A DNA stretch of 64,000 bases from Azolla caroliniana (Eukaryota; Plantae; Polypodiophyta). The position numbers were made by a program, and so were the translations under genes. Positions within the stretch are counted from its first letter, which is position 1, and each line of letters starts with the position of its first letter. Under the pieces are notes generated by a model. The model made no database searches. It was not told the origin of the DNA and saw nothing but the letters and a program-made list of their open reading frames with translations. The DNA is taken from assembly GCA_043228905.1 (NCBI GenBank), contig JBHGNT010000031.1, positions 248,001 through 312,000 on the forward strand. Reading direction: 5' to 3'. Below, in pieces: positions 1 to 12,700 of this stretch.

Positions 1-162
1 GAACCTGGATCTCTATTTGCAGTTGTATTTTACGTTGGGGATCCAGTGGCCCCTCTAATTCAAGCTCCTGTTGCGCAACCTATTCCAGATAATGCTTGAT
101 TAGCACATTTTACCCTTAAAGTTATTTATAACACAATCACATACCAGCAAAACAATAGTTAC

Positions 163-844
163 CTGAATCTTATTTCTAATCGTTGTAACAACGGAAGTAA
201 CTTTGCTCTCCATTGCAAAAGCCATTGTGGCTTTCTCTAAATCAGTCTTAAAAAATGCCAATGTCTCACAGGCTTCATGGACATTTTTTAGCATATAGCC
301 AACCAATGTCTCACCTGTATCATCGACATTGGCTTTCCTTGGGTGTCGGTGTGGTGTATGCCCCCGGTCTTGCTGGGAGTCAGCAGTTGCATCAACAGCT
401 GCCATGCTCCAAAATCTGTCTATTTTTTTTGCCAAGGTCCCCATCTTTCGGCATCTTTTTACCGATGCCTCACCATAGACTGCCCAAGCTACACTATACA
501 TTTCAGGGTCTCTGGATTCCTTCGTTGTTTTGCAGTACTCATATGCAAATGCTCTAGCAAATGAAACTGACAACTCATTGTTGACTGGGATGTCCTGATG
601 AACTTTCTGGTGCAGCGTCATGCAGTCATCGTACAAGTCGGCTCGTACATGCTTCAACTTGACCTTGCCTTTGACTCTAGGCACTATATATACTATCATC
701 CAGTCTACATCACTGATCAATTTATCACTTAGGACAGCAGGGTCAACACCCTCGAGTGACAGACCATAGGTGTTGTGGAAGTCCTCCTTTGTCTCGCAAA
801 ATTTTGCGAAGTTTAGCACTCTCGGATACAAAGGAACGAGCCAT
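163..844 (-). CDS. Probable internal exon of an unidentified spliced gene, possibly DNA-transposon-derived
   Basis: 243-aa ORF (100..831) is bounded by a TTTCAG acceptor (AG at 846-845) and a CAG|GTAACT donor at 163/162. No family recognised. Confidence 0.3.
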
Positions 845-899
845 CTGAAATATCATTTCAGAAATAAGAAATACTGCAAAATCCGAATATGTCAGAATC

Positions 900-1765
900 A
901 AAAACCCCAATCAACAACAACAAAAATGGTGCAAAATCTTTAACTTAGCAAATCAGAAACCCTAATCATAATTTGTATTCAGAAATTTGAAATCAGAAAC
1001 CCTAATCAAAATCTGTAATCAGAAGTTTGAAATTAGAAACCCTAATCAAAATCCGTAATTAGAAGTTTGTAACCAAAAACCCTATTCAGAAATTCTAATA
1101 AAAAATTTATAATCAAAAACCCTAATAAAAAATTTCAATCAGAAACCCTAATCAGAAATTTCAATCACAAACCCTAATCAGAAATCCTAAACAGAAATTT
1201 ATAAACAAAAACCCTATTCAGAAATTCTAATTAGAAATTCTAATCTGTAATCAAAATTTGTAACCAGAAACCCTATTCAGAAATTCTAATAAGAAATTTA
1301 TAATAAAAAACCCTAATCAGAAATTTCAATCACAAACCCTAATCAGAAATCCTAAACAGAAATTTATAAACAAAAACCCTATTAAGAAATTCTAATCAGA
1401 AATTCTAATCTATAATCAAAATTTGTAACCAGAAACCCTATTTAGAAATTCTAATCAGAAATTTATAATAAAAAACCCTAATCAGAAATTTCAATCAGAA
1501 ACCCTAATCAGAAATTTCAATCACAAACCCTAATAAAAAATCCTAAACAGAAATTTATAAACAAAAACCCTATTCAGAAATTCTAATCTGTAATCAAAAT
1601 TTGTAACCAGAAACCCTATTCAAAAATTCTAATTAGAAATTTATAATCAAAAACCCTAATCAAAAATTTTAATCAGAAACCCTAATCAGAAATTTCAATC
1701 ACAAACCCTAATCAGAAATTTATAAACAAAAACCCTAATCAGAAATTTCAATCAGAAACCCCAAT
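900..1765. repeat. Degenerate telo-box-rich tandem array (CAGAAACCCTAAT / CAGAAATTCTAAT units)
   Basis: About 22 copies of AACCCTA counted by eye, interleaved with AGAAATT(T/C)TAAT variants in a higher-order pattern. Confidence 0.9.
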
Positions 1766-2410
1766 CATCACTAAAGATAGGATTAAACACAAAAAAAGTA
1801 ATATAAACACACCTGCTGCTACTCCCCGATCTGGGAGACATCCTTGTATGGGACTCTAAGGACTTCACCTTATTCGATTTTGGGGAAATATGAATCGGCA
1901 CCAAAGTTCAGACAGTAGTCAAAAAGAAAAAACAAATGTTTGGGGTTTCTGTAACTGAAACATACCTGGATGATGATCGAGTAGGTTCTGTGTTGTAGCT
2001 CTCAATCTGCAATGTCGATTTTCTGCTGCTATGGGAGCTACGTCTGCGTTCGTGCTCTGAGTACTCCATCTGCGTTCAAAATCAAACTTAGGCTAAACAA
2101 GAAATTGATGACATTGAAGTCGACCTTAGACGATGGTGTTATTCCCCAAGTTCCACTACGTCGGAAACAGAAGTTCAAATATTTGAGTTTTTTCATAAAT
2201 GAGTTTTTCAAATATTTGATTTTCCCACAAAAAAGACTAGCTAAACAAATAGCTAATTAGCTATGGCCATTTTAGTAGCTAATTAGCTATAATAATGTTT
2301 CCACTCACATGCTTTTACCCATAAAGATGTTTAATAAACTTAATAGCCAATTGCTTTGCAGTAATTGTGGATTTTGTTGGAATGCATCTTACCATCTTGG
2401 TAAGCCGATC

Positions 2411-3045
2411 TGTTGGGATTTCGGTCCCTCCGGATGGGATGTCCGGAGATGAATGACGGCAAGCCCGGAGGCTGTTACGGAACCGTAGGATGAAGAGTAC
2501 CCGGTTACGGAGCCGGATGCTGAAGACCCCGGTTATGGAGCCGGATGCTGAAGACCCCGGTTACGGAGCCGGATGACGTATGTACCCGGAGAGAGATCCG
2601 GATGCGGGGACATATCTGTGAATATGTTTGCCAAGGGCCCTTGAGGCTATAATTGTAAATAGCCCGAAAGTCATATGTGTATAAATATGACTTAGGGCAA
2701 ACAGTTTATGTTGCTACTCATTTTTCTGTTTTTCCACTCAAGAGGAGTGAAGAGGGAGCAGCCGTGAGAGAGAGAGAGATAGAGCGTGAGAGAGGAAGAG
2801 GTCGACGCCTCTGTGTATTTCCGCCGCCTGTGGCGAGGACAGCGAGCTCAAGGTCGTCGCCTTGCAGCTCGCCATTGTATACTTCTCTGTGCATAGTTTT
2901 GGATTCGGAGTCTTGTACTCCCGTGGTTTTTCCCGTACAGGGTTTTCCACGATAAATCGTGTGTCCACTCTATTCTTCTCATTTCCCATTTTCTGCAACA
3001 ACGATTTGTGTGTATTCCTCGGTTGTGGCCGAGCACTGTTCAACA
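2411..3045 (+). repeat. 5' LTR of Copia-A
   Basis: TG..CA termini, TATAAATA near 2680, 28-bp U3 tandem repeat, matches 7160-7766. Confidence 0.97.
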
Positions 3046-3048
3046 AAG

Positions 3049-3060
3049 TGGTATCAGAGC
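3049..3060 (+). promoter_or_regulatory. Primer binding site (tRNA-iMet) of Copia-A
   Basis: TGGTATCAGAGC, 3 nt after the LTR end. Confidence 0.95.
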
Positions 3061-3075
3061 GGGTTGCTGCAGAAA

Positions 3076-6000
3076 ATGGAAGGCGGCGGCAGCGGGCAGC
3101 CGGGGATGATGGTGCTGAATGCGCAGAATTACGCCGACTGGAAGATCAAGATGGAGGATCTTCTGATTGTTCGGGACCTGTACGAACCGATTGACAGGTC
3201 GGAAATACCGAAGGGGGTACTTGAGTCGGAATGGAGGCTCCTGAACCGGAAAGCCGTTGCAACCATTCGGCAATACGTCGACGTGAGCGTTCTACAACAC
3301 GTGGCGAACGACACCAACGCATATGAGATGTGGCGGAAGCTGTCGGGCCTCTACGAGAGGAAGAATGCGTTGAACCGGACCTCCCTGATGAGGAAGATAG
3401 TGAACCTCAAGTACCGGGACGGCGAGAGTATGGTGGAACACGTAAGCACGTTCATGGGATTTGTGAACCAGCTTGCGGCGATCAAGTTCCCGTTGGAGGA
3501 TGCAATGCAAGCCATCATTCTGATGTGTACATTGCCGGAAAGCTGGGAGAACTTGGTGGTGACTCTCAGCACCTCCTGCACCGAAGATAACTTGTCTCTA
3601 CAAACGGTAAAGACAAGTATTTTGAACGAAGAAGCGCGTCGGAGAGATAAAGAACCGGCCTCCGACTCGAAGGCGCTGCTTACCGAATCGGAACGGGGAA
3701 GACAATGGAACCGGAGTCCGCAAAGACGGGAGAAGTCGGGGACCCGGTCGCAGTCAAGAGGAAGACCCACATGCTTCCACTGTGGGAAGCCGGGGCACTT
3801 CCGGAAGAATTGTCGGCATTACCGAAAAGACAACGGAGCCGACGACACCAATTCGAAGAAGTCACCGGAGAGAAACGGTGCATACCGGGGAGCCACGGAC
3901 CGGAGAGGTCCGGATCGGCGAGGGTAGGACCGGAAAGGAACGACGGCACTCGCGGCAAGTGAGGAAGAAATCATGCTCATCACCGAAGAAGGTGAACTAA
4001 ACATTGTCGGCGATGAGACGACCTGGGTGGTCGATTCCGGAGCATCGTTCCACCTGACCCCGGAGAGAAGATACTTCTCATCCTACACAGCTGGTGAGCA
4101 TGGCTGTGTTCGGATGGGAAATGAAGGTACGTGCCGGATTGCCGGCATAGGAGACGTGTGGTTGACAACCCCGACCGGATGCAAAATGCTGCTGAAGGAT
4201 GTCCGACACGTTCCCGAGGTTCGATTGAACCTGATTTCGGCCGGGAGGCTAGACGATGAAGGCTACACAGGTAGCATCCGGAACGGCGTAATGAAGTTCA
4301 GCAAGGGGAGCCTGATAATGGCTCGGGCCCGGAAAGTCAACACACTGTACCTTATGAATGCCTGGTTGTGTCCGAAAGAGTTGAACGTGGCAGCCGACAC
4401 TGCCGGTGAGCTGTGGCACAAGAGACTGTGCCACATGAGTGAGAAGGGGATGAAGAGGCTTGCAGAAGACAACCTTATTCCAGTGAAGCATGTGCACCTG
4501 GAGAAGTGCACCGATTGCCTGGCCGGTAAGCAGAACCGAACCTCCTTCCATTCAAGGCCACCGACGAGACGTAGCGCACCATTGGAGTTGGTGCACACTG
4601 ATGTGTGTCAGGTAGAAACGAAGTCACATGGCGGAGCCCAGTACTTCGTAACATTCATAGATGACCATAGCCGGAAGCTGTGGACGGCACCGTTGAAGAC
4701 AAAGGACCAAGTGTTGTCCGTCTTCAAAGAACTCCACGCGAGAGTGGAAAGGGAATCCGGCAAGAAGCTGAAAGCGATACGAGTGGATAACGGAGGGGAA
4801 TACCGGGGGCAGTTCGCAGAGTACTGTCGCTCGAAAGGAATCCGGCTCGAGTTTACTGTGCCGAAGACGCCGGAACTGAACGGGCTGGCCGAGAGGATGA
4901 ACCGGACCATAATGGAGAGGGTCCGGAGTATGCTGGCGCATGCGAAATTACCCAAGGGGTTTTGGGCTGAGGCAATGTCGACGGCGACATATGTGATAAA
5001 CAGATCACCCTCAGTACCTTTGGACGGAGACACGCCGCAGAGAGTGTGGACCGGTAGGGAAGTATCTTACCGGCATCTGAAGGTGTTCGGGTGTCTCGCA
5101 TACGTGCATGTGGCAAAGGACCGGAGAGGAAAGCTAGATCCAAAGACCCGGCCATGCATATTCCTCGGTTACGGCGACGACGAGTTCGGCTACCGAGTAT
5201 GGGACCCGGTCGACAAGAAGATATTCCGGAGTCGTGATATCATCTTCATGGAGAACAAGACACTCGCCGACTGGGAGTCGGAGAAGAAGATGAAGAGCTC
5301 CAAGTCGACCGGTGAGGATCAACTCTACGAGGAGCAGTCCCGACCGGCAAGGGACCGGTTAGCACTCGAGGATCCGGCCGAAGACGGTGAAGAAACAGAA
5401 CCGGCCGAAGAAGATGAAAATGATACCGGAACCGGCCCCGATCCCGAAATGGATTCGGATGAAGAAGAATCGGAAGAACCGGTTACCGAAGCTCCGGAAC
5501 GGAGATATCCTCTAAGAGAGAGAAGGGCCCCCCGGAGATTTCCGGAACCAGAGCACGTGCTGCTAACCGACGAGGGGGAGCCGGAGAGCTTTGAAGAAGC
5601 AAAGCACGACACCCAGAGCCGCAGGTGGTTGAGTGCCATGCAGGACGAGATGGATTCCCTGCATGAGAACCACACATATGAACTTGTGGAGTTGCCGAAA
5701 GGAAAGCGGGCACTTCGAAACAAGTGGGTGTTCAAGCTGAAACCGGGAGATGCCGGAAACCCCCCGAGATACAAAGCCAGGATCATGGTGAAGGGGTTCC
5801 AGCAGAAGAAGGGCGTTGACTTCGACGAGATATTTGCCCCGGTAGTGAAGATGACCTCCATCCGGACGGTGCTGAGCATAGCGGCAAGCATGGACCTCGA
5901 GGTAGAACAGATGGACGTGAAGACGGCATTCCTTCACGGTGACCTCGAAGAAGAGATCTACATGCAGCAACCGGAAGGATTCGAGAAGAAAGGGAAGGAG

Positions 6001-7149
6001 CACCTGGTATGCCGGTTGAAGAAGAGCCTTTACGGACTGAAGCAGGCTCCCCGGCAATGGTACCGGAAGTTCGACTCCTTCATGACCGACGAAGGGTACC
6101 TCAAAACGCAGTCCGACCACTGCGTGTTTGTGAAGAAGTTCGAAGGAGGAGACTTTCTAATACTCCTCCTGTACGTGGACGACATGTTGATCGTCGGACG
6201 GGACTAGGGCAAGATACGGATGCTGAAGAAAGCACTTCACCAAACCTTCTCAATGAAGGACCTGGGTCCGGCGAGGCAAATACTAGGGATGCACATCATC
6301 TGGGACCGGAGCAAGAAGCAGTTGTGGCTGTCACAGGAGAAGTACGTGACAAAGGTGCTTAAACGGTTCAACATGTCGGAAGCAAGACCAGTCGGGTCAA
6401 CCCTCCCGGCAAACTGCAAGTTGTCCAGCAAGCAAAGCCCCAAGACAAAGGCTGAGAAGGAGGACGTGATGAAAGTACCATATGCCTCTGCCGTCGGAAG
6501 CTTGATGTACGCAATGGTGTGTACAAGACCGGACATAGGATATGCAGTTGGAGTGGTGAGCCGGTACATGAGCAATCCCGGCAAAGAGCACTGGAACGCG
6601 GTCAAGTGGATACTCCGATACCTGAAGGGCACGGCAAACGTGTGCCTCCGATTCGGCTCCGGTAAACCCGAACTCGACGGCTTTACCGATTCGGATATGT
6701 CGGCTGATGCAGATACCAGCCGGTCCACATCAGGGTATGTGATGACGTATGCAGGGGGAGCTGTTTCGTGGCAGTCGAGGCTGCAGAAGACGGTTGCGTT
6801 GTCAACCACGGAGGCGGAGTACATGGCGGCTGTTGAAGCCGGCAAGGAAATAATATGGATGAAGGACTTCATTAGAGAGCTCGGTATCCTGCAGGAGGAG
6901 TACCGACTCTACTGCGACAATCTGAGTGCCATCCACCTTGCGAAGAACGCGGCCTACCATTCCCGGACGAAACACATCCAGCGTAGATACCACTGGATGC
7001 GGGAAAGGATAGAAGACAAGGAGTTTGTGCTGACGAAGATCCACACGGACGAGAACGGGTCGGATATGCTGACCAAGGTACTTACACCCGACAAGCTGGA
7101 AGCATGCCGGAAGAGGATCGGATTGGAGAGACATCCCATGCCGAAGTGA
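3076..7149 (+). pseudogene. gag-pol: Copia gag-pol polyprotein, single frame with two in-frame TAG stops
   Basis: CCHC knuckle CFHCGKPGHFRKNC, protease WVVDSGAS, integrase LWHKRLCH..VHTD..NGLAER, RT YVDD, RNase H FTDSD. TAG at 3925-3927 and 6205-6207, no frameshift. Confidence 0.95.
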
Positions 7150-7157
7150 AGGGGGAG
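7148..7157 (+). promoter_or_regulatory. Polypurine tract of Copia-A
   Basis: GAAGGGGGAG, 2 nt before the 3' LTR. Confidence 0.9.
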
Positions 7158-7159
7158 TT

Positions 7160-7766
7160 TGTTGGGATTTCGGTCCCTCCGGATGGGATGTCCGGAGATG
7201 AATGACGGCAAGCCCGGAGGCTGTTACGGAACCGTAGGATGAAGAGTACCCGGTTACGGAGCCGGATGCTGAAGACCCCGGTTACGGAGCCGGATGACGT
7301 ATGTACCCGGAGAGAGATCCGGATGCGGGGACATATCTGTGAATATGTTTTCCAAGGGCCCTTGAGGCTATAATTGTAAATAGCCCGAAAGTCATATGTG
7401 TATAAATATGACTTAGGGCAAACAGTTTATGTTGCTACTCATTTTTCTGTTTTTCCACTCAAGAGGAGTGAAGAGGGAGCAGCCGTGAGAGAGAGAGAGA
7501 TAGAGCGTGAGAGAGGAAGAGGTCGACGCCTCTGTGTATTTCCGCCGCCTGTGGCGAGGACAGCGAGCTCAAGGTCGTCGCCTTGCAGCTCACCATTGTA
7601 TACTTCTCTGTGCATAGTTTTGGGTTCGGAGTCTTGTACTCCCGTGGTTTTTCCCGTACAGGGTTTTCCACGATAAATCGTGTGTCCACTCTATTCTTCT
7701 CATTTCCCATTTTCTGCAACAACGATTTGTGTGTATTCCTCGGTTGTGGCCGAGCACTGTTCAACA
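7160..7766 (+). repeat. 3' LTR of Copia-A
   Basis: Near-identical to 2411-3045, followed by TSD CGATC. Confidence 0.97.
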
Positions 7767-7817
7767 CGATCAACAACCACCCAAATGGCATTATTTCCCT
7801 CAATGGAATGAGGTTTG

Positions 7818-9710
7818 CAATGTTCACCATAAGGTAAAGTGTTGTGCAACATACATATTTTCAGTATCGATATGCATCTTTTTCTCTTGTAAAAACATAG
7901 ATTTCAGTTTAATTTGAGTTCATGTTTAAAAAACCTCTTTTATTTGCAAAACAAGAAGATTTTTAAACATGAACTCAATATGTTGTATCGAGTTGATGTA
8001 AAAAACATAGTTTTGATCATAATTCCATACAATGTATTGAATTCATGTTCAAAGTTTTTTTTACCGGATTTAAAAAAAATTAATAATAATAAGTTGAGCT
8101 TGAGTTCATATAAAAATCAGATTTTTCATCACAATACAATACAATGTATTGAGTTCATGTTTAAAGTATATTTTTCTAATTTGTTTTCAATATTTTTCAA
8201 TATTTTTTTATTTTTTTCAATTTTATTAATGGAAAAAAATCATTTTAAACATGAATTCAATACATTGTATCGACTTGTGATGAAAACTCTGGTTTTTTCA
8301 TCATTTATTAAAGCTCAAAAAAATATTTCAAAGAAAAAACAAAAAACCAAAATAAATAGAAAAAAAAGCAATTTTTAAAAAAAACCCCAAATAAAGCTTT
8401 AAACATGAACTCGATACATTGTATCAAATTCATGTCAAAAAGTTAGCTTTTCAACATGAACTCGATACAATATATCGAGTTCCTGTCGAGTTCGTGTTGA
8501 AAAGCTAACTTTTTGACATGAACATGAACTTGATACAATGTATCGAGTTCATGTTTAAAGCTTTTTTGGGGTGGTTTTTTAAAAAGTTGCTTTTTTCTAT
8601 TTGTTTTCGTTTTTTGTTTTTTTTTTTTTGAAATTTTCTTTTGAGCTTTAATAAATGATGAAGAAACCAAAGTTTTCATCACAAGTCGATACAATTTATC
8701 GAATTGAAAAAAATTATTTTTTTTCCATAAAAAAATTGAAAAAAATAAAAAACATTTGAAATAAAAATTGAAAACAAATTAGAAAAAAATACTTTAAAGA
8801 TGAACTCAATACATTATATGGAATTGTGATGAAAAATCTGGTTTTTATATGAACTCAAGCTCAACTTCTTCTTTTTTTTCTTTTAAATCCGGTAAAAAAA
8901 ACTTTAAACATGAATTCAATATATTGTATGGAATTATGATCAAAACTCTGTTTTTTACATCAACTCGATACAACATATCGAGTTCATGTTTAAAAATCTT
9001 CTTGGTTTTCAAATAAAAGAGGCTTTTTAAACATGAACTTGAATCGTACTAAAATATTTGTTTTTAGACGAGAAAAAGATGCATATCGATAGTGCAAAGT
9101 GAGGAGAAAAAGCGCGGAATATTGCTCGGCCACAACCGAGTCTTGAATCCCTTCACTGAGAATGAAACACAGAAATGGGAAGTGGAGAGTACACAAAAGG
9201 AAATACATAGGATGTTTACGTGGAAAACCCAAATAGAGAAAAAACCACAGGACTGCACAGACTCCAACTATCACTATAGGAGAAAGGTACAATCATAGTC
9301 TCAGAGGCAACGACCTCGAGCTTTGTATCTTCGCCAACCAGCAGTTACAACAGAGTATTTCTTTGCATCTCACACTCTCTCCCTCTATTGCACTCTCTGT
9401 ACAACAATATGACAACAACATACAAAATTACATAAAGTGATTGCCCTAAGTCATATTTATACTTATATGAACTTAGGGCTATTTACAAATATAGCCTCAA
9501 TAGGCTTACTCAAAACATATTTACAGATATGTCTCTCTTCCAGTTCTCTCCGATTCTCTTCCGGTTCTCACCGGGTCTCCTCCGGTTTCCAGATCTCTTC
9601 CAGTTCTCACCAGGTCCTCTTCATTCATCACTGGGTCCCATCCGGAGGGACCGATTTCCCAACACAAAGAAGTATGTTGCATAACAAGATCCTTATGGTG
9701 AACATGTGCA
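7818..9710. repeat. Large foldback inverted repeat, probably a non-autonomous DNA transposon, right arm interrupted by a solo LTR
   Basis: 7862-~8470 is the reverse complement of ~8490-9094, and 7818-7855 pairs with 9672-9710. Built from palindromic AACATGAACTCGATACA(A/T)TGTATCGAGTTCATGTT modules. Confidence 0.85.
9100..9664 (-). mobile_element. Solo LTR related to the Copia-A LTR
   Basis: Minus strand starts TGTTGGGAAATCGGTCCCTCCGGATGGGA and carries ATGACTTAGGGCAA and GGTTGTGGCCGAGCA. TSD CAAAG at 9095-9099 and 9665-9669. Confidence 0.93.
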
Positions 9711-12700
9711 TCATTGATTAAAAAAAAACCATTAATAATTGTGTTGATGGTAATTGAACCTTGCAAATGTCATTTACATGGTCTATAAAGTATTCTCATG
9801 GTTCACAATGACCACTTCAAGCACTTAATGTTGATCTTCATAGTTTGGTTCATCTACAATAGAGAAACATTTATGTGGAACAAATGATGACAACACGAGC
9901 ATAACTTAGGGTTGCAAGAACTCAAGGTGGGGATATTAATAACTACACATGTAGATGGCCATGAGCTAGGGTACCAATTCTACATTCGTAAAGTTTTGGA
10001 CGTGATGATGCATTAAACCTTTGTAATACATCTATCATTGACATTAGTTAGGTGGATATCATTGTGTATGACTTTACACTAACAAAAGTTGGATGTTTAA
10101 GGACAACAACGATATACATAATAAAAGAGATATTACCAAGTCTAGAAGATATCTCAGATTGAAGGTGAAGAAGATTTATTGCACACAATTTGGAGACACC
10201 ATTTGGTGAAGACAATGATTTGATTGGTACATTTGAAAATGAGAAGGCAGAGTCACAATTGTATATTATCTATAATAATGATTCTCATGAAAAGAATGAT
10301 GATATTTATGCAAATAACTCCCAAACGTATTTGTTGTGCAACTATGTGTAACAAATTTAGACAACATTTTATCGAATGAAATAAGAAAGTTCATTGTTTT
10401 GAAATCCTCTACTTTTGATTTCTTTAAGATCCAAAAACTTATTAGCTATCAATTTTCTTTAAAAATACACAAAGTTACTTTTCGTATTTGACCAAAATTT
10501 GGCATTTTTCAATTTTACCAAATGGTGAAATTTTCAACTTTTTCATCAAGTTTTAGAGAACATACAGTATCAAGGTGTTTTGTGAAATGGCAAAAAAAAA
10601 CCCAAAATCAAACGGAATATTCCTTATCCTTCTAATTGTGTGTGATCCTTCCACTTGTGAACACGAACGTGTTTGACCAATTTCCAAGGTTGGGGCTACC
10701 AAAACCCCCGAGACAGCAATGCCAACGTTTTCGTGACCCCAAAGTGTCCGGCAAGAGGATCATCGTGGCAAGTTTGTAATACTCGAATGCGACATGTGCC
10801 TGTTGGTACATGAAGGAGATGATTACGATAGAGTCGCCCATCCTAAGTTGTAAAGTGACTGAGATCCGAGCTTTGCATCTCTTGGGATGAGTTGTTCAGG
10901 CGAGCAATGATGTCAGTAGCGAAAGCGTCCGACGTGGTTGCTTGGGTGATCTCGTTGAACAAGGAATCATCATGCAACATATAGGTTGCGAACATGTGGA
11001 GTTGATCAGGCCACAATAAACAATGTGATTACTGAGAATATGCGTCGTCACTTGGGCGTAGTGCAAAGTCGGGACGCCAAGAGAGAGCATCCGCTTTCCC
11101 ATGTTGAACATTGGGTTGAAACAAGATTTCAAAGTTGTAGACGGTGAGAAAGATGACCAGCGAGCCTGCCTCCGATTCAACATACCAGTGATGGTGAAGT
11201 AGATGAGATTCTTGTGGTCGGTCAACACCTGAATATGATGTTGGGCCCCATCCAGATAGGGCCACCATTTAGCGAAGGCTAAGATGATAGTTGCAAGCTC
11301 CTTGTCGTAGACTAGATAATTGATTTATAGGGTTGTAAACTTTCGAGAGTAGAAGGCGACCGGATGCAGGGGGCCATCCGCATCGGGTTGAGACAAGACC
11401 GCACCTATGGCAAAGTTGGAGGCATCGATTTCAACCTGGAAAGGGCGGGTAGGGTCGAGGTGGACTAACATGGGGGTGGAGAGAAAAGTTTCTTTGAGGG
11501 AATTAAAAGCATTGTGTGCCATAAGGGTCCAAAGAAATGGAGTATCTTTCCAGGTAAGCTGGATGAGAGGTTGGACTAGGGAAGAGAAGCCGTCTATAAA
11601 TCGTCTATAAAAATTTGCAAAACCAAGAAACGATTGTACCTCTTTCAACTGAGTCGGGAGAGGCCAATCAGTGATTGTCGCTACCTTGTGTTCATCCATT
11701 GTGATCCCAGTAGGTAAGATCATGTAACCCAGGAATTCTACAAAGGTCCTATCGAATTCGCATTTCTAACTTTTAGCAAAGAACCCATATTCTCGGAGTT
11801 GGGTCAGAACCAGCCGGACGTGGTGTGTGTGCTCCTCGCAGTTGGATGAAAAAACTAGGATGTCGTCAAAGTAGATGGCCACAAAATGATCGAGATACTC
11901 TCGAAAATATCGTTCATCATGTGTTGGAAGACGCCGGAGCATTGGTAATGCCAAATGGCATCACTTTGTACTCAAAATGTCCATAGCGTGTCCGAAAGGC
12001 CGTTTTCCACTCGTCCCTAGGCTTGATGTGCACCAAATTGTAGGCTCCCCAAAGGTCAATTTTCGAGAAGATATGCCCAATTCGGAGTCGATAGAGGAGC
12101 GCTAGAATTAAGGGCAGGGGATAACGATTACACACCGTAACTTTGTTGAGACCTCGATAATCCACACATAAGCGAAAGGAGCCATCCTTCTTTTTGACAA
12201 ATAAGATTGGTGCCCTGGCCGGTGATTTGGAGGGTTGAATGAAGTCCTTCGCGGGATTCTCAACCAAATATGTGCGGAGAGCCTCAAGTTAGGGTTTAGA
12301 TAACCCATAGATAGGACTGAATGGGGGATGTTCCCCATCTTGGATTTTGATTGGGAAATCGTAGGGGTGATGAGACGGTAACCGATCGACATTCCGCTTT
12401 TCGAAGATGTCGGAAAAGTCACTGTATCAGACGGGTAAATAGTTGACAGGAACCGTGATGTCCCCCAACACAACGGCCAGTGTACCAACCAAACCGGACT
12501 TGACCGCAACGGAATCAAGAGAGTGTCGTGACCTAGTAGGAATTGGCCTTACTGGAAAAGTGATGGAGCGGTTACACCAATCCACCATCAGATTGTGTGT
12601 CTCCAACCAAGATAGCCCCAACACAATCGAATGTCGGGGGGTTGCAATGAGGTAGAAAGGGAGTTCCTCCTGGTGCGCCCCGACTTGAAGTACCAACGGG

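Larger units (their letters stand above)
2411..7766 (+). mobile_element. Full-length Ty1/copia LTR retrotransposon (Copia-A), young
   Basis: LTRs 2411-3045 and 7160-7766 (TGTTG..CAACA). TSD CGATC at 2406-2410 and 7767-7771. tRNA-iMet PBS and PPT present. Domain order GAG-PR-INT-RT-RH. LTRs differ by about 3 SNPs and one 28-bp repeat unit. Confidence 0.98.

Noticed and set aside
900-1765. True or interstitial telomere
   Set aside because: No run of tandem TTTAGGG; the motifs are embedded in longer units.
3040-7211. Many antisense and alternative-frame ORFs over Copia-A
   Set aside because: Shadow ORFs of a GC-rich coding region with no recognisable motifs.
7914-8694. AT-rich ORFs of 154 and 83 aa
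   Set aside because: They lie within the foldback repeat and have low-complexity K/F/N composition.
7862-9094. Bona fide CACTA element
   Set aside because: The left end is CAGTA, there is no 3-bp TSD, and the inverted symmetry continues outside these limits.
9900-10330. Possible DNA-transposase C-terminal relic (..DIIVYDFTLTKVGCLR..)
   Set aside because: Too degraded to assign without a search.
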